Positions 27,523-32,000 of a stretch of 32,000 nucleotides of DNA are shown piece after piece (positions within the stretch are counted from its first letter, which is position 1; every line of letters starts with the position of its first letter). The notes below the pieces were generated by a model that worked only from the letters and a program-made list of their open reading frames with translations, ran no database searches and had not been told where the DNA came from. The position numbers and the translations under genes are program-made. The DNA lies in contig JBAZYK010000008.1 in NCBI GenBank assembly GCA_041659405.1, positions 52,013 to 84,012 of the forward strand. Reading direction: 5' to 3'. Source of the stretch: Candidatus Altimarinota bacterium (GTDB taxonomy: Bacteria > Patescibacteriota > Gracilibacteria > UBA1369).

Positions 27523-27547
27523 ATACCTACACCTATGGTACAGGTAT
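27523..27547. promoter_or_regulatory. Candidate CsoR operator (nested palindrome) upstream of csoR
   Basis: ATACCTACACCTATGGTACAGGTAT has 18 of 25 positions self-complementary (outer ATACCT/AGGTAT, inner ACC-TAT-GGT). It lies 18-42 nt upstream of the csoR ATG. Confidence 0.5.
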
Positions 27548-27698
27548 AAATAATCGAAAGCAAGACCATTTTAAAAATTTATCTTTTGACATAGCCGCAG
27601 AGATTGCCGTTTTGGCAGGCACACTCCAATTCCACCGTTCAGGCGTAAACCCGCTGGATATGAAGGATATTTTTAGATTTTCCAAAGGACGATTTAAA

Positions 27699-27994
27699 CT
27701 AGTTCTTTGGTAAAAAGTTTTCACCGGTAATCACACTTTTTCCCGTTTCTGATTCCAATTCTTTTCGGGCATTTTTCCATCTTGAGCTACCATTTTCAGT
27801 TGGTCACATTTTGTGACCAACTCACTTCCTTCGTTCTTGAGGCGGTTTTTCAGGGTAGTCCAATAACTTTTAGCTTTTTTAAAATCCGGTTGTTGAATCA
27901 GCACCCCAACAACATCAATCACCGAAAAATACCACTGCTCATTGTGCCAAGTTTTGCGAATTGTACTTTGTTCAAACGGAATAATATTATTCAT
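27699..27994 (-). pseudogene. Internally deleted and frameshifted Bro-N/DinD-like (antirepressor-type) gene remnant
   Basis: The N-terminal part MNNIIPFEQSTIRKTWHNEQWYFSVIDVVGVL...YWTTLKNRLKNEGSELVTKCDQLKMVAQDGK fits the family. After an A5 run the family-typical C-terminal tail ARKELESETGKSVITGENFLPK appears in another frame. The ~180-aa middle part is missing. Confidence 0.6.
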
Positions 27995-28022
27995 AATGTT
28001 TTTATAAAAGATAACAATCATC

Positions 28023-29045
28023 CTATTTTATTTCACCGGGTAAAAATTTAATAAATTGATCAAAGTCGGATTCATAAAGCTTATCTTGAACTGGTCGATA
28101 TTTTTCAAATTCACTTTCAGCGAAGCTCTTAGCGATTGCCGCAGTAACCTTACCGACATCTTTTAAAATGTTTTTTGAGTTAAATTGTAAAAACACATTG
28201 AGCTTTTGCGACCAATCTTTCATGGTCATTGGAATACCGTTTTCCGCCTGATCTTCAGCGTAATCCAAATACATAGTCACAAAACGATTGAGTGACTTGA
28301 TCTCTTTTTCGTTTAGGTAATTTTTAGCTATGGAAACATCAGATTTAAGAACCTTTCCATGGGGAGCCTTTTTCCATGTTTTAAGCCCCATATACTCTTT
28401 TTGGTGGTTTGCTCTTTCAACAATCAACTCTGCGGCTGTGTGCCCATGGATAGCATAATGAAGCTTATTTTGAACTGTGGCAAAAAAATCCTTGGTTGTT
28501 TCCGCCTGTGGATCATAATCCATGGCAGTAACATAAATATCCGTAATTTTTTGGTAGAAATTCCGCTCGCTTTCGCGAATATCGCGAATTTCAAGAATCA
28601 AGTCATCAAAGTATTTTTTGCTGAAATACGCACCATTTTTCAGTCTTTCATTATCCAAAACATACCCGCGGATGGCATACGCTTTCAGTACTTGCGTCGA
28701 CCATCTTCTAAACTCAGTGGCCCTCTCGGAATTGATACGATAGCCAAGAGCAATAATCGCCTCTAAATTATAATGTTTTGTATTGTATTTCTTGCCGTCC
28801 TCGGCAGTTATTAGGAAATTCCTAATAACTGAATTTTCCTCTAATTCATACGATGAATAAATATTTTTAAGATGCTCATTGATGGTCGGAATTTGTACAT
28901 CAAAAAGTTTGGCAATAAATTTTTGAGTCAGCCAAACATTTTCATCCTGAACCCTCACTTCAACACCATCTTCCCCAGCCTGTGAAGTAAAAATTAAAAA
29001 CTCAGCAGTAGAGTTTCGTATCCTGAGCTGTTTATCATTTTTCAT
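28023..29045 (-). CDS. RhuM-family protein
   Basis: IRNFLITAEDGKKYNTKHYNLEAIIALGYRINSERATEFRRWSTQVLKAYAIRGYVLDNERLKNG is the typical RhuM core; 340 aa. Confidence 0.85.
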   Translation of the reverse strand: MKNDKQLRIRNSTAEFLIFTSQAGEDGVEVRVQDENVWLTQKFIAKLFDVQIPTINEHLKNIYSSYELEENSVIRNFLITAEDGKKYNTKHYNLEAIIALGYRINSERATEFRRWSTQVLKAYAIRGYVLDNERLKNGAYFSKKYFDDLILEIRDIRESERNFYQKITDIYVTAMDYDPQAETTKDFFATVQNKLHYAIHGHTAAELIVERANHQKEYMGLKTWKKAPHGKVLKSDVSIAKNYLNEKEIKSLNRFVTMYLDYAEDQAENGIPMTMKDWSQKLNVFLQFNSKNILKDVGKVTAAIAKSFAESEFEKYRPVQDKLYESDFDQFIKFLPGEIK

Positions 29046-29063
29046 AAGATCGCATTATAAAAC

Positions 29064-29116
29064 ATAACCGCCCCCATTATGGGTGAGCGTACACTCACCG
29101 TCAAGGTGATTTTATC
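29064..29116. repeat. 53-bp repeat, copy 1 (minus strand reads TTGACG-17-CATAAT with a GGTGAG-N6-CTCACC palindrome in the spacer)
   Basis: 52/53 identical to 30110-30162. The flanks are unrelated. Confidence 0.9.
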
Positions 29117-29118
29117 TT

Positions 29119-29874
29119 TCACCCCTCAACCGCACCCACCGCCTTCACATACGCGCAAAAATCACAATCCACACCTGCGGCCGGCATTTCATCCGAATTC
29201 AAACAATCCTGAATATCTGCAATCGACCCACCCACCCAGGAATCATCGCCGACATACGGAATAACTTTAATATCAAACTCCAGTTTGCCATTAAAGGCCT
29301 CTTTACCCGCATCGCCATTGCAATAAACAAAGTAACCGGTTGGCGAAACCTTAAATCCATTCCTACGAAACAGCCATTGGTAAACCTCCATTTGGCGTTT
29401 ATAGCCGATCTGCCAGTCCGCATCCAAAGAAACATCACCGGCCTTAGAAGTCGCCTTATAATCAACAATAATCAGCTCACCCTGCGGATTTACCCAAACA
29501 TCATCAACTCCACCCGTTATTAAAAGATTAGTCCCGGGAACCAGGTAAGTCACACCTCTTCGGAGCGAATCGCGCCATTCATCAATGCGATCATGGGCCA
29601 GGGGAATGGCATCAATCCCATATTGCCGCATCAAAGGATGAGCAGTGCCTTCAGCCCTATGAATATCAAACTCTTTTTTAAGCAAGGCATCAACCGCCGA
29701 ATTCAAAGAAAATGGATACCCCGGAGGCCTTCCCACACCCAATCTTCGATCCAAATAAAAACACCTTGGACAATTCAAAAAGAGGTCGATTTTGGAACGA
29801 CTCAAACGAAAAGTATCGGAAGAACCGGGTTGATAAATGTTTCTGGTGCGTTGAGGGTTGTAGTATTGGGACAT
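29119..29874 (-). CDS. PD-(D/E)XK nuclease, Cas4/RecB-like, with Cys cluster
   Basis: GGVDDVW, IIVDYK (DxK), QMEVYQWL (QxxxY), N-terminal CPRC, and C-terminal C-x12-C-x2-C. Visibly GC-richer than the flanking genes. Confidence 0.8.
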   Translation of the reverse strand: MSQYYNPQRTRNIYQPGSSDTFRLSRSKIDLFLNCPRCFYLDRRLGVGRPPGYPFSLNSAVDALLKKEFDIHRAEGTAHPLMRQYGIDAIPLAHDRIDEWRDSLRRGVTYLVPGTNLLITGGVDDVWVNPQGELIIVDYKATSKAGDVSLDADWQIGYKRQMEVYQWLFRRNGFKVSPTGYFVYCNGDAGKEAFNGKLEFDIKVIPYVGDDSWVGGSIADIQDCLNSDEMPAAGVDCDFCAYVKAVGAVEG

Positions 29875-29889
29875 ATAAAATTGTTAATT

Positions 29890-30070
29890 TTAGTTAAGAC
29901 ATAATTTTTTCATTACAGACCATTGCTGAGGGGAAAGATTAAAACGGTTTGTTCCTGCCTCATTTTTAAACCCCTCGAATTCGTGGGGTTTAAAATTTTG
30001 ATTATTGAGTTTCTCCATCAATCTCAATGATGTTGATCTCGTTTCCCTGAATAGTTAACTTTTGAGTCAT
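29890..30070 (-). pseudogene. KilA-N domain gene remnant (two out-of-frame fragments)
   Basis: Fragment 1 (30070-30002) is MTQKLTIQGNEINIIEIDGETQ*. Fragment 2 (30018-29890) is MEKLNNQNFKPHEFEGFKNEAGTNRFNLSPQQW... These match the N-terminus and the 'WE.LNNPNF..EF..FKN.AG.N.F.LSP..W' centre of KilA-N family proteins, judged from memory. The rest is absent. Confidence 0.55.
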
Positions 30071-30109
30071 ATTTCGTACTAAATTTAAGATTTCAAAACC
30101 ATCTCATCG

Positions 30110-30162
30110 ATAACCGCCCCCATTATGGGTGAGCGTACACTCACCGTCAAGATGATTTTATC
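30110..30162. repeat. 53-bp repeat, copy 2
   Basis: 52/53 identical to 29064-29116, with the single difference A at 30151 versus G at 29105. Confidence 0.9.
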
Positions 30163-30177
30163 AAAAATGAAAGTTTG

Positions 30178-31095
30178 TTAATTATGTTTAAGAGATAACT
30201 TTAATTTTTTTTGCGCAAATTGATCGGCCTCCTGCTCTAATTCCGAGTTGTCGTGCCCCTTGTTAAAATCCACAAACACTTCTTTTTTACTGTGTTTTAT
30301 CAAATGACTTATTTCATGAAAGAATGTAAACCAAAAACAATCTGCATATTTATATCTTAAGCTCACTTGAATCAAGGCTCTTTTTGGGGTTAACCACCTT
30401 GTCGCGCCATTTACATTCGTATTTTTCAAACACGGAGTATAAACAAGAGCAACTCCACATTCCGCGCATAATTCCACTAATTTTTTTGAATACTGCCCGG
30501 CATCTTTAGTTGTCAGCCCTCTCATCTCATCTAATTTATTTCGTAATTTTTCAAGATCAAACTCGCTTGTTTTAAGCTTATTAGCTTCAATATGCCCTAT
30601 TTTAAGCCATGCGGCCAATGATTCATTATTGGTTTTTTCAACATGCGACCTTCTAAATGCAACCGGAATCACTTGCCGAATTGCCAGGAGGGAATCCACA
30701 GCAAAAAATTTCAATAATTCTTCCACTTTCTCAACCGGATCCCTGGTTTTCTTTACATATCCCAATTTTACCAGCTCAAGATAACATGAAAATTTCCCTA
30801 AATGCTGCGATTCCTCCTCCAATCTTTTTGTTTCCTTTATTCTTAAAAGATCCGCATCGTATTGAGACTGCATATTTAAAAGTCCCAACTTTGAAATACC
30901 CAACACTCTTTCAAACTTTAAAGCTGTTTCCGGAGTAACAGGATTTTTCCCATTTAAAATCTCGCTGATCGTTTTCTCCGCCAACCCAGTGCTTAGGCTT
31001 AAATCGGCTTGAGATATACCCAAAACTTCCAGTGTTTCTTTCACTGTTTCCCCAGGATGGATTGCTATCGGTGATGTGTAGCCGGTTGTTCCCAT
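30178..31095 (-). CDS. HigA-type XRE HTH fused to an ImmA/IrrE (COG2856, HExxH) metallopeptidase domain
   Basis: The N-terminus IHPGETVKETLEVLGISQADLSLSTGLAEKTISEILNGKNPVTPETALKFERVLG is HigA/VapI-like. The C-terminus FTFFHEISHLIKH is the Zn-peptidase motif. Confidence 0.8.
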   Translation of the reverse strand: MGTTGYTSPIAIHPGETVKETLEVLGISQADLSLSTGLAEKTISEILNGKNPVTPETALKFERVLGISKLGLLNMQSQYDADLLRIKETKRLEEESQHLGKFSCYLELVKLGYVKKTRDPVEKVEELLKFFAVDSLLAIRQVIPVAFRRSHVEKTNNESLAAWLKIGHIEANKLKTSEFDLEKLRNKLDEMRGLTTKDAGQYSKKLVELCAECGVALVYTPCLKNTNVNGATRWLTPKRALIQVSLRYKYADCFWFTFFHEISHLIKHSKKEVFVDFNKGHDNSELEQEADQFAQKKLKLSLKHN

Positions 31096-31103
31096 AAGTT
31101 TGG

Positions 31104-31439
31104 TTAAATGTGGTAATTAGCAATGCCCAAAATTTCTACCGCTACGATCGTTGTTTGATTGGCCGGATCATATTCTCCATGTGGAACAAATATAAGTCGC
31201 CATTTTCCTCTTCCACCGCCAAGACTTGGCAGATCAACCGCAAAGTACCTGAACTTATTCCCGTCCTTGATCGAATGTTTCCTGGTATTCAGCGGGAGGT
31301 CCGCATAAGAAGGGAACGATCCAATCTCGCGAAGCCTTGTGACAACACTTTTTGCGACTTTCTCGTCGTATTTAGACTTTAAGTGGTTAAAATCCTCCAG
31401 TTCCTTCCTCAGTTTTTCATTTTTCCAATGTATCTCCAT
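31104..31439 (-). CDS. HigB-like (RelE/ParE superfamily, 'killer protein') toxin
   Basis: 111 aa. The toxin-upstream-of-antitoxin order, WRLIFVP, and the C-terminal ILGIANYH resemble the HigB ...DYH ending. The gap to the downstream HTH gene is 8 nt. Confidence 0.65.
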   Translation of the reverse strand: MEIHWKNEKLRKELEDFNHLKSKYDEKVAKSVVTRLREIGSFPSYADLPLNTRKHSIKDGNKFRYFAVDLPSLGGGRGKWRLIFVPHGEYDPANQTTIVAVEILGIANYHI

Positions 31440-31589
31440 AATATAGCCATGTTACAAAAATGTCAATTCTGGTTTACCTGAAAGGTAAAGAAAAATAAAG
31501 AATATTTAATGCAGAGCTTATGCATAACAAAAAAATAGCACACCTAGATTAAAACAATCTAAAATAAAACTAAAAAGTAGGTATTTTAA

Positions 31590-31900
31590 TTAGTTACTAA
31601 ACAACCTTACCACTTCATCAAAATTTTTAAATCGACTCTTTTCCCACTCCTCCTGTTTAATATACAGTGCTTTATAAACTACTCTACTTTGACGATCATT
31701 AACATCTTCGCACCATTTTTGCAGACGTTCAAATTTTAATTTATCGTTTTCCTCTTCACGTCCCTTTGTTTCAACGATATAAACCGTTTTTTCGTCCTTT
31801 TTTACAAAGAAATCGGGATAGTATGTGGCGATAAACCCTTCAGCATTTTTATATTCAATTCTGAGGGCGCATGCTAAAGTGGTTCCCTTTGTCCAGACAG
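31590..31900 (-). pseudogene. 3' fragment of a type III restriction Res/helicase-associated endonuclease-like gene, 5' part replaced by an IS
   Basis: My translation gives ...RIEYKNAEGFIATYYPDFFVKKDEKTVYIVETKGREEENDKLKFERLQKWCEDVN...*, which carries the PD-(D/E)XK signature Y-PDF...VETKG. No start codon or N-terminal domains are present. The upper boundary is approximate. Confidence 0.5.
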
Positions 31901-31913
31901 TTTTTTGAGATTT

Positions 31914-32000
31914 TTAAGAGAGATTTTGGAAATAAATTTGGGCTGGGGTTTTGTAGTTGAGTGACTGGTGAGGACGAACATTGTTGTAGAAATGAAAGTA
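31914..32000 (-). mobile_element. 3' end of a DDE transposase (rve/integrase-core type, IS3/IS481-like); the rest is outside the window
   Basis: My translation gives YFHFYNNVRPHQSLNYKTPAQIYFQNLS*, the typical rve C-terminal FYN..RPH.SL...TP. Confidence 0.65.

Noticed and set aside
27533-27724. 63-aa ORF between csoR and the Bro-N-like remnant
   Set aside because: It is the out-of-frame continuation of the decayed Bro-N/DinD-like gene and runs through the csoR operator/promoter region. It is not an independent gene.
29119-29874. Cas4-like nuclease as evidence of a CRISPR-Cas locus
   Set aside because: There is no repeat-spacer array and no other cas genes anywhere in the window.
29064-30162. 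53-bp repeats as integron attC sites or as intrinsic terminators
   Set aside because: No RYYYAAC/GTTRRRY core pair and no integrase are present, so attC is unsupported. On the coding strand the GGTGAG/CTCACC hairpin is followed by CAUAAUGG, not a U-tract, so a terminator role is unlikely.
31439-31466. TTGACA-17 nt-TATTAT upstream of the HigB-like gene as its promoter
   Set aside because: The -10 hexamer overlaps the first two bases of the annotated ATG. The transcript would therefore start inside the ORF, and alternative spacings (14-15 nt) are poor. It is kept only as a possible or leaderless arrangement within the TA finding.
1-32000. Alternative genetic code (UGA recoding) as in some CPR lineages
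   Set aside because: All housekeeping genes are full-length uninterrupted ORFs under the standard code, and several end in TGA.

Overview
Gene-dense, low-GC bacterial window (GC judged by eye, not computed). It uses the standard genetic code, has short intergenic gaps, and its tRNAs have an encoded CCA. The gene content suggests a CPR/Patescibacteria-like reduced genome, but that is inference only: sigma-region-4/HARE-HTH proteins, a JAB-only RadC, an orphan VirD4/TraD-like ATPase and a CarS-like lipid gene. There are three blocks. (1) 1-21.9 kb is housekeeping core. It holds aspS (partial)-dnaE, tRNA-Leu, a sigma-r4/HARE-HTH protein, a HIT protein, a hypothetical gene coupled to nadC, valS, a TPR-like protein, and a second sigma-r4/HARE-HTH paralog behind a pseudo-receiver OmpR-type regulator. 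It continues with rlmN, DUF3467, glyQS, a RadC-like JAB protein, a large membrane-anchored VirD4/TraD-like ATPase, and tRNA-Met followed by a CDP-alcohol phosphatidyltransferase/CarS-like pair. (2) 21.97-27.55 kb is a minus-strand copper operon: csoR-copA-secreted His/Met-rich protein-HMA/DsbD_2/2x cupredoxin fusion-copZ, with a candidate CsoR operator. (3) 27.7-32.0 kb is a decayed defence/mobile island. It holds a Bro-N/DinD-like remnant, RhuM, a GC-richer Cas4-like PD-(D/E)XK nuclease, a KilA-N remnant, a HigB-like toxin with a HigA-HTH/ImmA-peptidase fusion, and a Res-like endonuclease fragment cut by an IS (transposase 3' end at the window edge). The best candidate for something undescribed is in block 3: a 53-bp repeat pair that reads as a duplicated promoter-operator cassette next to the HigB/XRE-ImmA module. 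No rRNA and no CRISPR array were seen.
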